From an uncultured Desulfobacter sp. (lineage in GTDB: Bacteria; Desulfobacterota; Desulfobacteria; Desulfobacterales; Desulfobacteraceae), in assembly GCA_963665095.1 (NCBI GenBank), contig OY762069.1:2720001-2784000 (forward strand): a DNA stretch of 64,000 nt. The letters are read 5' to 3'. The first letter of the stretch is position 1; each line of letters opens with the position of its first letter. Below, piece by piece: positions 50,749-61,658 of the stretch. Below the pieces are notes generated by a model, which made no database searches, was not told where the DNA came from, and was given only the letters and a program-made list of their open reading frames with translations. The position numbers were made by a program, and so were the translations under genes.

Positions 50749-51678
50749 ATGAATATGGGACCAATTTCAAAAAAAATTATTGCTGGGCTGAAAAAAGCAA
50801 AAAACAAAAAAATAATAAATTTCAAGGAGTTAAAAGAAGCCAAGACACACGCGGAAAATCTTGAAAAAACGATCATATCAAAAGAAGATCTGGGCAAACA
50901 TGATCCTATCCATGCTATGTATATTTATGCCCAAAATAAAGTATCAGTTCTCGTCGAACAGCTATCCGGCTTATCGGCTGTGTCAAAATTAACAAACATT
51001 TTAGAGCAAGCTGATGAGACTTATATGCCCTCCTTTCCGCCTCAAAGTCCAGTTACACAATCGTACTTCACATGCTGGGGATTTTTTGATCTTTCCGTAG
51101 GGATTAAAAAAGAATCATTTGGCACGATACTCCTCGACGTTTTACGGACAATCAAAGCAGATCCAGGATTGATTACAATAATTGAGTGTATGCAAAGTTC
51201 AAGGATGGGGATATTTGTCCATAAGGGAATCCAGGATCGATATGTTATTTTAGAAGAACTAATTACCGGGGAAGAACATAAACTGATAGTTCCGAGCGGT
51301 TACCAGGGAAAAAAAGATGACATATGGTATGTTAGGGTGATGCCTGCTCCATTTCCGGAGCTGAATTATGGGTATTCTGTCGCATTTACCACCCCGTATA
51401 TTATTGTCGATTTGAATGGTCAGATTGGGGCTTCAGCTAACCGCGAGAATTGGGAAGCGTTTTTTGACCGGAACCTGAAAGCATCAAATGATAAAGACCG
51501 AATAAATGCATATGAATCCTTTATGAAACATGGAGAAAACAAGTTCTATTGGAACGAATATATCATTGAAGGATATGTTAATTATCAGTCGGATATAATT
51601 TTTCTTGCAGGTTTCCCAGATATCCCTTTGAGCATGCCCCTTTCCGTCGAAAGTCAGAAAGAACGGGGAGAGTTGTAA
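50749..51678 (+). CDS. Hypothetical protein (309 aa)
   Basis: Long AT-rich ORF; YMPSFPPQSPVTQSYFTCWGFFD; no family recognised. Confidence 0.7.
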   Translation: MNMGPISKKIIAGLKKAKNKKIINFKELKEAKTHAENLEKTIISKEDLGKHDPIHAMYIYAQNKVSVLVEQLSGLSAVSKLTNILEQADETYMPSFPPQSPVTQSYFTCWGFFDLSVGIKKESFGTILLDVLRTIKADPGLITIIECMQSSRMGIFVHKGIQDRYVILEELITGEEHKLIVPSGYQGKKDDIWYVRVMPAPFPELNYGYSVAFTTPYIIVDLNGQIGASANRENWEAFFDRNLKASNDKDRINAYESFMKHGENKFYWNEYIIEGYVNYQSDIIFLAGFPDIPLSMPLSVESQKERGEL

Positions 51679-51744
51679 CGATGAGAACTATAAACAGAAC
51701 AGCAATCACTATCATCCCCAAACAACCATACAAGGAGTAGTGGA

Positions 51745-52401
51745 ATGCCCAAGAAGAGGAAAATAAGAAAGATTCATGCTTCTTCAAGAAAAAACAGTGC
51801 ACAACAACTTAAGATCCTCGAATATGACATATCATATGATCCTATACAAGATAAAAATTACAATAAGTTACCAGACCACATAAAGGATAAAATTGATAAC
51901 TTTTATTATTTGATACAGAAAAATCCTGATCCAGCAACAATTTCTGATTTAGAAAGTTTAATAGAAAAATTTCCCAGCGTCCCGATGCTATATAATTATC
52001 TTAGCGTAGCATACTCTCGTTTAAAAAATAGGGAAAAAATTTTAGAGATTGTCGAGAAAAATTATCGTATGAATCCTGATTATTTATTCGCTCGTTTAAA
52101 CTATGCAGAAGTTTGTATCCAGAACGGTGATTATGAAAAAATAGCGGAGATATTTGATCATAAATTCGACTTGCAATTACTTTACCCAAAACGGAAAAAA
52201 TTTCATATATCAGAAGTTGCAAATTTCATGGGGATTATGGGGGTCTATTTTTTTAGAATGGACAAGCGAGAAATAGCTGAAAACCATTATAAAATTCTTG
52301 CAGAAATAGCTGATGATTACCCGATAACAAAAAAACTACATAAACAATTGCATCCTGGTTTTTTAAAACGAATGATTAAAAGTATGATCGGGAAGCATTA
52401 A
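51745..52401 (+). CDS. Hypothetical TPR-like helical protein
   Basis: LYNYLSVAY..NPDYLFARLNYAE TPR-like pattern. Confidence 0.7.
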   Translation: MPKKRKIRKIHASSRKNSAQQLKILEYDISYDPIQDKNYNKLPDHIKDKIDNFYYLIQKNPDPATISDLESLIEKFPSVPMLYNYLSVAYSRLKNREKILEIVEKNYRMNPDYLFARLNYAEVCIQNGDYEKIAEIFDHKFDLQLLYPKRKKFHISEVANFMGIMGVYFFRMDKREIAENHYKILAEIADDYPITKKLHKQLHPGFLKRMIKSMIGKH

Positions 52402-52662
52402 CAAATTACTGTAAAATCATAGGCTATTTGATGTATTCCTGATTAACAGGGAAAGTCCGGGGTAATTTTCACCTGGAAGATGGTCTTTGTCTTAGAGGTA
52501 GTCTGCTCTTTTGAAAAAAGCGAGCCCTACCAGTTGCAAAGTTCACTGTCGTCGGGTTCAACCCCCTGATTATTTTTTGGGGAATTGATCGCTGTATTCA
52601 AAATTTTGCAGGTCCGGTTAAATAGACATATCTGTCGCCATGCTATTCCTCAATAATTTTGA

Positions 52663-52742
52663 TTTTAACGCCAAGGCTCACAGGTGCCGTTTTGGGAGCA
52701 CCGCATAAGGTCGGGCATCCTTGTGCCGTTGTTCGTTATCAT
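52663..52742 (-). other. Degenerate integron attC-like site
   Basis: On the minus strand it follows a stop codon: GATAAC..GGCACAAGGATGCC..GGCACCTGTGAGCC..GTTAAAAT, then GAGG and an ATG. Confidence 0.45.
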
Positions 52743-53100
52743 AACCTATTGTGATTTTGGTTTAAATGCCATGTTATCCATCCAACTATCCCAATTTATA
52801 TGGCCATCATCAAAATCGATGTACCGCATCATAGCCAAGGGTAAAAGCCCTTGAAAGGGTGAATAATATTTCGATAATTCTAATTTAATGAACGAACCAT
52901 GAACATTGACTGTCAGGGCCGTCTTGAAAATGCAGCCAAATCCCCGGTTTGAAAATGTATGTTCTTAGCTGGTTTTTCTTCTCTTAAAAATCAAATTTAA
53001 AAATTTCGTCTTCTTCATTTTTTTCCTTTCTTTGCCCTCTGCTTTTTTCCGTACATACTGATCTTATTCATGTCTGATTTGAATCGGAGGCAATATGTAG

Positions 53101-53667
53101 ATGGGACTACTCAAGAAAAGAAGGTGCCGAAATTGTAGAAGATTATTCGCTCCTAATCCAAGAAATATAGACTCTCAAAAATACTGTTCCAGATCTGAGT
53201 GCAGAAAAGCCAGCAAAAGGTGCAGCCAGAAAAAATGGCTGAACAAGCCTGAAAATCGAAACTACTTTTGTGGGCCTGCCCATGTTGAACGTGTTCAGGA
53301 ATGGAGAAAGAAGAATCCCGGATATTGGAAGAAGACCAAAAGCCCAGATACGTTACAAGACTCGATATTGCCCCAACAGGCTGAAAATAAACAGGATTCA
53401 ACGCAATTCATGGACAATGCGTTACAAGATTTCTTACGGGCGCAACCTCCTGTCATTATAGGGTTAATCGCCAACTTTACAGGCAGTGCGTTACAAGATG
53501 ACATCGCTTCCACGCTCCTTCGTATGAAAAAATACGGGCAAGACATTTTATGTTCACAACCCCAAAAAGAAGGAGAGCAAAATGATTGCAAAGGCCCCCA
53601 TTTTACCATCCAGGGTTCGAAAAACACCCCAAAGCTTCAGTTGGATCGATCATCGCCTGGTGCGTGA
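53101..53667 (+). CDS. IS21-internal Cys-rich hypothetical protein
   Basis: CRNC..QKYCSRSEC..VERVQEWRKKNPGYW. Confidence 0.75.
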   Translation: MGLLKKRRCRNCRRLFAPNPRNIDSQKYCSRSECRKASKRCSQKKWLNKPENRNYFCGPAHVERVQEWRKKNPGYWKKTKSPDTLQDSILPQQAENKQDSTQFMDNALQDFLRAQPPVIIGLIANFTGSALQDDIASTLLRMKKYGQDILCSQPQKEGEQNDCKGPHFTIQGSKNTPKLQLDRSSPGA

Positions 53668-53968
53668 ACGGCACATTGACAGGTGTACACACTCCCAGTC
53701 CGCCCTATATCTGTTTCTGGTGTGTGTGGCCGACAGTCAAGGCATCAGCTACTATGGAGATAAGGCGATCATGGATCGGCTGTGCATGGATTCTGATGGC
53801 CTGAAGACAGCACGTTCCGGGTTAATACAGAATGGGCTGATTGCCTGGCAGAGACCTATTTACCAGGTGCTTGCCCTTGACCCTGCTCCTGGTAAATCAA
53901 AACGGCACGGCTCCATGCTGCGTCTTTCAGATATTCTAAAAGCAGCAGCGGAGGGCAACCATGATTGA
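53582..53968 (+). CDS. IS21-internal hypothetical protein (possible winged HTH)
   Basis: FSWIDHRLVR..LYLFLVCVADSQGISYY..YQVLAL; overlaps the istA start. Confidence 0.75.
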   Translation: MIAKAPILPSRVRKTPQSFSWIDHRLVRERHIDRCTHSQSALYLFLVCVADSQGISYYGDKAIMDRLCMDSDGLKTARSGLIQNGLIAWQRPIYQVLALDPAPGKSKRHGSMLRLSDILKAAAEGNHD

Positions 53969-55436
53969 TTACGAAACCTATGTTCAAATCAGAAATTACT
54001 TTACCCGAGACGGCCTGACATACAGCCAGATTGCCAATGCCCTTGATCTGGACCCCAGGACAGTTGCCAGGTGGGCCAACCTGAAAAGGTACCAGCCCAG
54101 ACAGTCAGCCCCCAGAGAAAGCAAGCTTGATCCGTATAAGAACGCCATCCTGCATATGCTTGAAAAACATCCCTACAGTTCCCGCCAGATATTTCAACGA
54201 ATCACCCAGGATGGTTTTGCCGGGGGCATCACCATTGTTGAGGATTATGTCAGGAAGGTGCGGCCGCCCAAAACAAAGGCGTATTTGAAACTGAGTTTTG
54301 CTCCGGGTGAAGCTGCCCAGGTGGACTGGGGTTCTTATAGTACAGTAAGGGTGGGCAACACGACCCGGCGGTTGAGCTTTTTTGTGATGGTGATGTGCCA
54401 CAGCCGCATGATGTACGTTGAGTTCACGGTCTCCCAGACCATGGAGCATTTTTTAGGCTGCCACCAGAATGCATTTGAGTTTTTTGGAAAGGTGCCGGAA
54501 AAGGTCATGGTGGACAATCTCAAATCCGCTGTTCTAAAAAGACTGCTGGGGAAAGCCCCGGTCTTCAACCCCAGATACCTTGATTTTGCAGATTATTACG
54601 GATTTACAATTGTTCCCTGTAATGTGCGCAAGGGTAATGAAAAAGGCCGGGTTGAAAATGCTGTGGGCTATGTCAAAAAGAATCTGCTCAACGGTCTTGA
54701 AATCCCTGATTTTAAGATCATGGAGCCCACCTGCAAACACTGGCTTGATACTGTCGCCAATGTCAGAACCCACGGAGAGACCGGTCAAAAGCCCGCAGAG
54801 ATGTATGCCCTGGAATTGCCCCACCTATACCCTCTGCCGTCAGAACCCTATGATATCGGTGTGGTAAAGCAGGTACGGGCTTCAAGACAGTACAGGGTAG
54901 TCATCGATACAAATGCTTACACAGTACCCGCCCAGCTGGCAGGGGTGGCTTTGACTGCCAAGCTTTACCCTGATCGGATCTGCTTTTACCATGAAGACAA
55001 GTTGGTTGCCCGCCATGTCAGATCCTATGGCCGCAAAAACGACCTTGAAGATCCTGATCACTCTAAAATCCTTTTGAGCCAGCGCAAAAAGGCCAGAGAC
55101 CAGGCAATTTATATGCGTTTTTTAAGCCTCTCTGACAAGGCCCGGGAGTATTACAGGCAATTGCAGAACAGGCGGCTTAACGCCTCCCATCATGTACGGC
55201 AAATCGTGGCCTTGAGTGAAATCTACTCCCGGGAACAAGTTGCCATGGCCATTGAAGATGCCTTTAAGTTCTCTGCATTCTCATGTGAATACATCGCCAA
55301 CCTCCTTGAGCAGCGGGTTCGGTCTCCCCAGGAGCCCGGAGCCCTGCATGTTACACATAAAGCAGATTTACTGAACCTGACAATCCAGGAGCCTGATCTT
55401 AATATTTATACCGCCATAGGAGATAAAAATGCCTGA
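53961..55436 (+). CDS. istA: IS21 transposase
   Basis: SKLDPYK, PGEAAQVDWG, DNLKSAV, KGRVENAVGY. Confidence 0.95.
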   Translation: MIDYETYVQIRNYFTRDGLTYSQIANALDLDPRTVARWANLKRYQPRQSAPRESKLDPYKNAILHMLEKHPYSSRQIFQRITQDGFAGGITIVEDYVRKVRPPKTKAYLKLSFAPGEAAQVDWGSYSTVRVGNTTRRLSFFVMVMCHSRMMYVEFTVSQTMEHFLGCHQNAFEFFGKVPEKVMVDNLKSAVLKRLLGKAPVFNPRYLDFADYYGFTIVPCNVRKGNEKGRVENAVGYVKKNLLNGLEIPDFKIMEPTCKHWLDTVANVRTHGETGQKPAEMYALELPHLYPLPSEPYDIGVVKQVRASRQYRVVIDTNAYTVPAQLAGVALTAKLYPDRICFYHEDKLVARHVRSYGRKNDLEDPDHSKILLSQRKKARDQAIYMRFLSLSDKAREYYRQLQNRRLNASHHVRQIVALSEIYSREQVAMAIEDAFKFSAFSCEYIANLLEQRVRSPQEPGALHVTHKADLLNLTIQEPDLNIYTAIGDKNA

Positions 55437-56163
55437 TCTTGAGAAATGCCTGTCCCACTTAAAACTACCTTATATCAGGGAAAACTATGAGTCAGTGGCT
55501 ACCCTGGCTGCCCAGAAGCAATGGAGCCACGTTCAATATCTATCAGAGCTTGCCAGGCATGAATCACTACTGCGCCATGATAAAACCATCCAGCGCCGTA
55601 TCCGTATGGCCAAGTTCCCGGTAATCAAAACCCTGGACCAGTTCAACTGGTCATGGCCCAGAAAAATCAATCAGGCTCAGATCCAGAATCTGTTCAGACT
55701 CAAGTTCATTGAAGAAAAGGGTAACATTATCGTGATCGGCCCGGTCGGTGTTGGGAAAACACATATTGCGACTGCTTTAGGTTACCAGGCCTGCCTGAAA
55801 AACCATACGGTTCTGTTCTCTTCTGCCATTGATATCGTCAACAATCTGGTGGCAGCCCAGAAGGCGGGTCAGTTAAAGCAGGAACTGAGAAAATACCTCA
55901 AGCCAACTTTGTTGATCATGGATGAACTGGGCTACCTGCCCATTGACAAGATTGGGGCAGACCTGTTGTTCCAAATTATCAGTCAGCGCTATGAGCAAGG
56001 AGCCATCATAATAACCACAAACCGGGTGTTCAAAGATTGGCCGGAGATCTTCAACAATGACATGACATTAACATCAGCTTTGCTGGACAGGCTTCTTCAC
56101 CACACCGAGCCTGTGGTCATTGAGGGTAAGAGTTTTAGAATGAAAGATGTGACGGAAGAATAA
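55429..56163 (+). CDS. istB: IS21 ATP-binding helper protein
   Basis: GPVGVGKTHIA, LIMDELGYLP, LLDRLLHH, GKSFR. Confidence 0.95.
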   Translation: MPDLEKCLSHLKLPYIRENYESVATLAAQKQWSHVQYLSELARHESLLRHDKTIQRRIRMAKFPVIKTLDQFNWSWPRKINQAQIQNLFRLKFIEEKGNIIVIGPVGVGKTHIATALGYQACLKNHTVLFSSAIDIVNNLVAAQKAGQLKQELRKYLKPTLLIMDELGYLPIDKIGADLLFQIISQRYEQGAIIITTNRVFKDWPEIFNNDMTLTSALLDRLLHHTEPVVIEGKSFRMKDVTEE

Positions 56164-56395
56164 CAAAGCCGAGGCCGGTCTACATGCATCTGGAGGCCGG
56201 CCCTTTAATCGCCTACATTTTTAAACCGGGAGATTTATGACATGTTCACGCCCCGCCTGACATCCAGGGCCGTGATTCAGCACTTCCCTGGAGGATCTCA
56301 AGCCGGTTTTGGTCCACCACGGCAGGTTTGGGTTTGGTACCAACGGGGCAGTCATGCAAATTTCATCCGGCCTAACTTGGGCCTTGGACCCAAAT

Positions 56396-57757
56396 CTAAA
56401 TTCTGGAATTTTGACCTGTGGAAAGGCCACGGGTTTTGATGTGAAAACGAAGCATCATGAGCAATGCTGAGGCGGTCAGACTGATAAGCAGGCCGTACCA
56501 GATGCCATGGATTCCAAAGCCCCACCAAAAGGCCAGGGCATAGCCTGCGGGCAGGCCAATGATCCAATAGGCCGCCAGGGTCAAAACAGTGGGGACTTTC
56601 ATGTCAGTGAGCCCCCTGAGAATGCCGATGCCCACGGCCTGGGTTCCGTCTGAAACCTGAAAAAAGGCCACAATGATCAACAAAGAGGCAGTCAGGTGTA
56701 TGACCTGGGGGTCGGCCACATAGAATTTTGGCAGGGCAGCCCTGAACAGAATAAAAATCAGGCCGGCCAGACCCATGAAAACCGCACAAAGAATCACGGC
56801 GGAAAAGCCTGCCGCCCGGACGCCGGGGACATCTTTCTGGCCCAGGGCATGGGATACCCGGATGGTGCCGGCACCTGAAATACCCATGGCGCCCATAAAG
56901 GAAATGGATGCCAGGTTCAGGGCAATCTGGTGGGCGGCCAGTTCTTTCACCCCCATCCAGCCCGCAATCACGTAAGAGACCGTAAAGGCTGAGACCTCGA
57001 AAAAATACTGAAATGCCCCGGAAACACCGATCCCCAATAGACGTTTCATCAAGGCAATATCGATTTTCTTAAATCTTAAACTGGGGTCAAACCGCTTAAG
57101 GGAAGGAGCGGTCATGACCATGATCATGAGGCCTGCGGCCATGAAGGCCCGGGATGAAAAGGTGGCAATGCCTGCACCGGTAAGGCCTAAGGCCGGGGCT
57201 CCCAGATTCCCGTAGATAAAAACCCAGTTAACAAAGATATTTACCAGGTTGGCGGCCAGGGTGATGACCATGGCCGGTTTAAGAAAGCTTACGCCTTCGG
57301 CAAATTGGCGAAAGGACTGAAAAAGCATCAACGGCAGCATGGACAGCCCCAGGACTTCCATATAGACAACTGCCGGCTCCACAATGGCTTCGGGCTGATT
57401 GAGAACCCGGATGGTCCGGGCAGCCAGGAACGTGACAAGACACAGTATCACCCCGGTAACCATGTTCAAAAGCAGCCCCTGGCGAAGGATTACTCCGCAG
57501 TCTTTGTCCCTGCCTGCCCCCATGGCAATGGCCGTAAGGGGGGTAACAGCCATGGATATTCCAATACCTGTCACCATGATCAGGATAAACAGGCCGTTGC
57601 CGATACCTGCTGCCGCAAGGGCATCCGTTCCCAGCCGGCCCACCATGATATTGTCTGTCACGGACATGGCAAGCTGTCCGATCTGTCCCACAATCATGGG
57701 GGTGGCTAAAAAAATGGTCTGTTTGATCTGCCGGATGTACATCGCAATATTTCTCAT
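56396..57757 (-). CDS. MATE-family efflux transporter (NorM-like)
   Basis: DNIMVGRLGTDALAA, LAAHQIA, FFQVSDGTQ..GILRG. Confidence 0.93.
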   Translation of the reverse strand: MRNIAMYIRQIKQTIFLATPMIVGQIGQLAMSVTDNIMVGRLGTDALAAAGIGNGLFILIMVTGIGISMAVTPLTAIAMGAGRDKDCGVILRQGLLLNMVTGVILCLVTFLAARTIRVLNQPEAIVEPAVVYMEVLGLSMLPLMLFQSFRQFAEGVSFLKPAMVITLAANLVNIFVNWVFIYGNLGAPALGLTGAGIATFSSRAFMAAGLMIMVMTAPSLKRFDPSLRFKKIDIALMKRLLGIGVSGAFQYFFEVSAFTVSYVIAGWMGVKELAAHQIALNLASISFMGAMGISGAGTIRVSHALGQKDVPGVRAAGFSAVILCAVFMGLAGLIFILFRAALPKFYVADPQVIHLTASLLIIVAFFQVSDGTQAVGIGILRGLTDMKVPTVLTLAAYWIIGLPAGYALAFWWGFGIHGIWYGLLISLTASALLMMLRFHIKTRGLSTGQNSRI

Positions 57758-57900
57758 TTTCCAAGGGGTCAGTCTTCAACAAAGGCTGCCATTAGATCCT
57801 ATAACTATTCATAAATCAATGATTATCCATATTGTTGTCATAAAGCCATATGGCTTGCCACTGTTGATTATTGGGTTCTAATAAAACGTTCTTGATAAAT

Positions 57901-57914
57901 ACCGACCAGTCGGT
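57901..57914. promoter_or_regulatory. Putative TetR operator ACCGACCAGTCGGT
   Basis: Palindrome between the divergent MATE and TetR genes. Confidence 0.6.
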
Positions 57915-57981
57915 CAATCTATTCACAACGAATCATATTTAATTGTATATACAATATTTTATTACCGGACCAAGGTCGGAA

Positions 57982-58149
57982 ATGACAAAAAGAGAAGAAA
58001 ACAAAGAGAAAAAACAAGCCGCGATTCTTGCTGCGGCCTTACGCGGTTTTTCGGAAAAAGGGTTTGCCGCAGCCAAAATCATTGACATTGCAACAGCAGC
58101 CAATGTGGGCAAAGGCACCATTTACGAATACTTCAGGAGCAACAGATAA
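57982..58149 (+). pseudogene. TetR-family regulator truncated after the HTH by an IS91-like relic
   Basis: ILAAALRGFSEKGF..IATAANVGKGTIYEYF, then an abrupt switch to IS sequence at about 58147. Confidence 0.85.
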
Positions 58150-58990
58150 GTTTCATTTGACCCTGACATTTTGGGCAAACCAAAGGATCAACTTCATAAA
58201 TTTTTTGGATTAACCTGGCCCAATTCTGCCTTGCTTCTTTTGAAGACATTTTATTTTGTATAATTGTCGGGATTGTGTTATCAGTTTTGCGCCTTCTTTC
58301 TCATCCCCCTGGACTTGTTAGGCACGAAGTGAAGCTTTAGCCCTCAAAGTGACCATAGTAACGAACGGTATGCTCGTATCTTCCTGGAATATGTGTCACC
58401 AACCTGGCAAGCCAATCCAAAGCATTAAACACTTTTTGGGATTTTTTGTCTTTGGCGGTATAAATAATTTTAGCAACACCATCATCAGATTTTTCTGCCG
58501 GAATATAGACCAGTCTTTCCTGAGAAAAACAGGCACGAATGATATATTTTGCTAAATTGCCAAGTCCTGCTTTATCATCAGGCTCAATTCTGTCTCCGAT
58601 ATAAACATTAAACCCGGAATGATGCCAGGAAAGCATGTTTTCAATGATGGCATCATTGATTTTCCCCTCTTTCTTGAGCATTTTCAGCACCTCATACTGA
58701 AATGCTTCTTCCAGGTCTTCAAGCATAAATATCGGAGCAGTCTGAAAGCTGCCGTCTTTTAAGAAACAACCGTCTGAAACTATGGCGTGAAGATGGGGAT
58801 TGAAATTTAGAAAGTCACCATAGGTCTGCACTGCAATACTGGCACCGGGAACAACTTCTCCATCCGGGACCGTAGATTTAAGGTAAGCTGTAAAACGCTC
58901 CATGCACATTTGGAAAGTTTTGCCAGTAAAGTGCGGTCATAAAGAAAATAAATTCGTAACCGTTTAGGGATGCTGAAAACCCAGTTTCTG
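58147..58990 (-). mobile_element. Degraded IS91-like transposase (frameshifted, premature stop)
   Basis: WVFSIPKRLR, QTYGDFLNFNPHLHAIV (HUH), SWHHSGFNV, LAKYIIR, VRYYG. Confidence 0.88.
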
Positions 58991-59544
58991 ACCTTTAGGT
59001 TATTGCCGGTATGGGACATCTTTTAAGACATTTGTCAACAGCCATTCTCCATATTCGACAACCCTTTTCTGATGACAGGATGGATGAAAAAAGAAAAAAT
59101 GCCAACAGCGCTCATGATCAGAGATTTTGCCCAGACCTGGATGGAAAGGGTGGTTACCTGTGGTTTTGCCTGTTCCATGGACAATCTCCTCCTTAGCAAA
59201 GATGATTTCGTTGTTATATTCACTTTTCCCGGGGAATGTACCGGAAGAAGCAGGTGTGCATGTAAAGTCAAAATCACATATTAGTTATGATAAGGTTAAT
59301 ATATAGCCATATAGTCTATCAAGGGAAAATATGCGCATTGTTTGCATATGAGAGAATAGAGGGGCTGCACTGTTTTTTTTAGACCGAAGGCGGGGGCGTG
59401 TCTGGAACGTCAAATTTTATTAATGAAATGGGATCCGGCAGGAAAAGCTGTTACGGATTGAACCTGTTAAAACCGACCAGGGCAGTTGGCGTGTGCCATC
59501 TGCTTTGGAAAAGAATGAATATATTACAAATAATATTCTTGAGT

Positions 59545-61578
59545 TCAGACCTTAAATATACCAACGCTGCTCTGAAGTTTTGACGCCAGTTCCGATAATG
59601 TTTTTACACTTTGATTCATATCTGTGCCCTCCATGGATATATCCCTGGAAATGGCACTGACGCCTGCAATATCTTCAGAGATTTCAGTTGCCGTGTGCGA
59701 ACTTTGTGCAATGTTCTGGCTGACCTCTCCCATGCCTGCGGAGGCCTGCTCAATATTTTCGGCCACCTGGGATGCCGATTTTGATTGCTCGTCCACGGCT
59801 TTGGCAATACTTGATACAATTTCAGATACATTTGAGATAATGTCTGTGATTTTTTCCACATCTTTTACCGTGTTGCCGGTGGAATCCTGAATCCCGGTAA
59901 TTTTCCGGGTAATTTCAAGGGTGGCTTTGGCCGTCTGGCTGGCCAGATCTTTTATTTCACTGGCCACAACCGCAAAGCCTTTGCCGGCCTCTCCGGCCCT
60001 GGCAGCCTCAATGGTCGCATTCAGGGCAAGAAGATTGGTCTGCTCTGCAATTTCTGTAATCACTTCGACCACGTTTCCGATTTCCTTTGCAGCCCCGCCT
60101 AAATTTTTCACCCTGGCAGATGCGGATTCTACCTGGGAAGAGGCCTCACCAGAGACATTCCGGGCGGTGTGACAGTCTAAAGCGATCTGGTTCAGCCTGG
60201 ATTTCATGGTGTCTGCGGCCTGGGAAACAGAGTCCAGGTTCACAGACGCCTGTTCTCCAGCTGCAGCCACAGAATTCATGCTCTGGCTCATCTCATCAGA
60301 TGCTGTTGCAGCGGATTGGGTCATAGCCGATAAATCATCCGAACTCTTGTCCAGTTTTTCAGAAGTCTGCTGCAGATGGCTGGATGCTTCTGACACAATA
60401 TTTGAGTCCTCCCGGATTTGCATCACAAGTTGATGAACCCGGTCCACAAATGCATTAAACCAGGTGACCACCTCTCCGATTTCATTTTGGGCCTCCACCT
60501 GAATCCGGCGTGTCAGATCCCCTTCACCCTGGGCAATGTCCTTTAAAGCCTCCACAACTTTCTCCAATGGTTTGATCAATTTGTGTAAAAAGAAGAACAA
60601 CACCAGCACGCTGATAATCAATATCCCGCCAAAAACTAACGGCTTGATAAAGGTAAGACGCTTTTCTATCCGGGCGGGGGCCGAATAATTTAGGACAAGC
60701 CAGTACCTGTAATGGTGCTGATTAACATCAACAACCTCAATGGGATACAGTTTAAAAGAACAGGGGGCAGATGTGCTTTGCATCGCCTGTTTTTGCCGGG
60801 GAAAAGTTTCGCCTGCAGCATTTGTTGCCGCATCTGGCGCAGATATTTCGTTTAAGTTAAGAACAAAGCTGGTATCTGATCCATCTACTTCTCTTTTTTC
60901 CGCCGGGATCTGTTCGAAAAAAGCGCTGTCAGAGGTGCCGGAAAAGATTGCGTCACTGCCCTGAAATCCCACATGCCCTTTAATGACTTTTGCAAAAGAA
61001 GCGGCCAGTTCCCTGACCGGTAATTCACAGGCGGCAATTCCTACAACTTCATCATCATCATTAATGACGGCAGTGGCAATAATAAAAACAACCTTTCCGT
61101 CGGCTTCAATGCAGGCCCCTTGATTTTCCCAGGTCTGGGCAGATTTGGCATATAATTTCCGCAGTCCGTCTGTTGAAAAAGTGCTGTCTTTGGCCAGGGC
61201 TTTTTGTTCTTCCTTGGAGAAAACAACACTGTTATTTTTGTCCAGTAAAACCAGTTTGCTGGTTTTTATGGCCTCGGAAAGGGTGATGAACATTCCTTCT
61301 ATAATGGCCCGGTTGCCCGTGTTTCTGTTGCCTTCCACATAGCTTATAACCTCTTCTGATCCTGCAAAGGTCTGAAGCGCATCGCTTGTTCTTTTAATGT
61401 GAGATTTTTCATTTTCCCGTCTGACATCATCAAAAACATGAATCATGAATTTATCTGAAAATTCGTCCCTTACTTCACTGGAAATATGGTCAAAAAAAGT
61501 GATCAATGTAGAGCAGACAAAAAGAATGCCTGCCACCCAGAAGGTGATTCTTAATTTAAGTGAACGCGATTTTTTCAT
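59545..61578 (-). CDS. Methyl-accepting chemotaxis protein
   Basis: Two TMs, HAMP (GEGDLTRRI), [30 protein letters not shown]. Confidence 0.96.
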   Translation of the reverse strand: MKKSRSLKLRITFWVAGILFVCSTLITFFDHISSEVRDEFSDKFMIHVFDDVRRENEKSHIKRTSDALQTFAGSEEVISYVEGNRNTGNRAIIEGMFITLSEAIKTSKLVLLDKNNSVVFSKEEQKALAKDSTFSTDGLRKLYAKSAQTWENQGACIEADGKVVFIIATAVINDDDEVVGIAACELPVRELAASFAKVIKGHVGFQGSDAIFSGTSDSAFFEQIPAEKREVDGSDTSFVLNLNEISAPDAATNAAGETFPRQKQAMQSTSAPCSFKLYPIEVVDVNQHHYRYWLVLNYSAPARIEKRLTFIKPLVFGGILIISVLVLFFFLHKLIKPLEKVVEALKDIAQGEGDLTRRIQVEAQNEIGEVVTWFNAFVDRVHQLVMQIREDSNIVSEASSHLQQTSEKLDKSSDDLSAMTQSAATASDEMSQSMNSVAAAGEQASVNLDSVSQAADTMKSRLNQIALDCHTARNVSGEASSQVESASARVKNLGGAAKEIGNVVEVITEIAEQTNLLALNATIEAARAGEAGKGFAVVASEIKDLASQTAKATLEITRKITGIQDSTGNTVKDVEKITDIISNVSEIVSSIAKAVDEQSKSASQVAENIEQASAGMGEVSQNIAQSSHTATEISEDIAGVSAISRDISMEGTDMNQSVKTLSELASKLQSSVGIFKV

Positions 61579-61658
61579 TGGTACCTGTTTGGATTATTCG
61601 TAAAACGGTTACAGTCGGTTATTGCTTTATCAATTAACTACCTGTTATATTATGACTT

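Larger units (their letters stand above)
52911..56262 (+). mobile_element. IS21-family element with two extra upstream ORFs
   Basis: TGTCAGG..CCCGGTTT(G/A)AAAATGTA imperfect IRs with TG/CA ends; istA-istB; no target duplication. Confidence 0.88.

Noticed and set aside
47234..52462. CRISPR interpretation of the four 17-bp repeats
   Set aside because: Spacing is 0.8-2.5 kb with whole genes in between, and there are no cas genes
59035..59180. Short hydrophobic ORF MEQAKPQ.. with a good RBS
   Set aside because: Probably the start of a membrane-protein gene truncated near the IS91 relic; too short to assign
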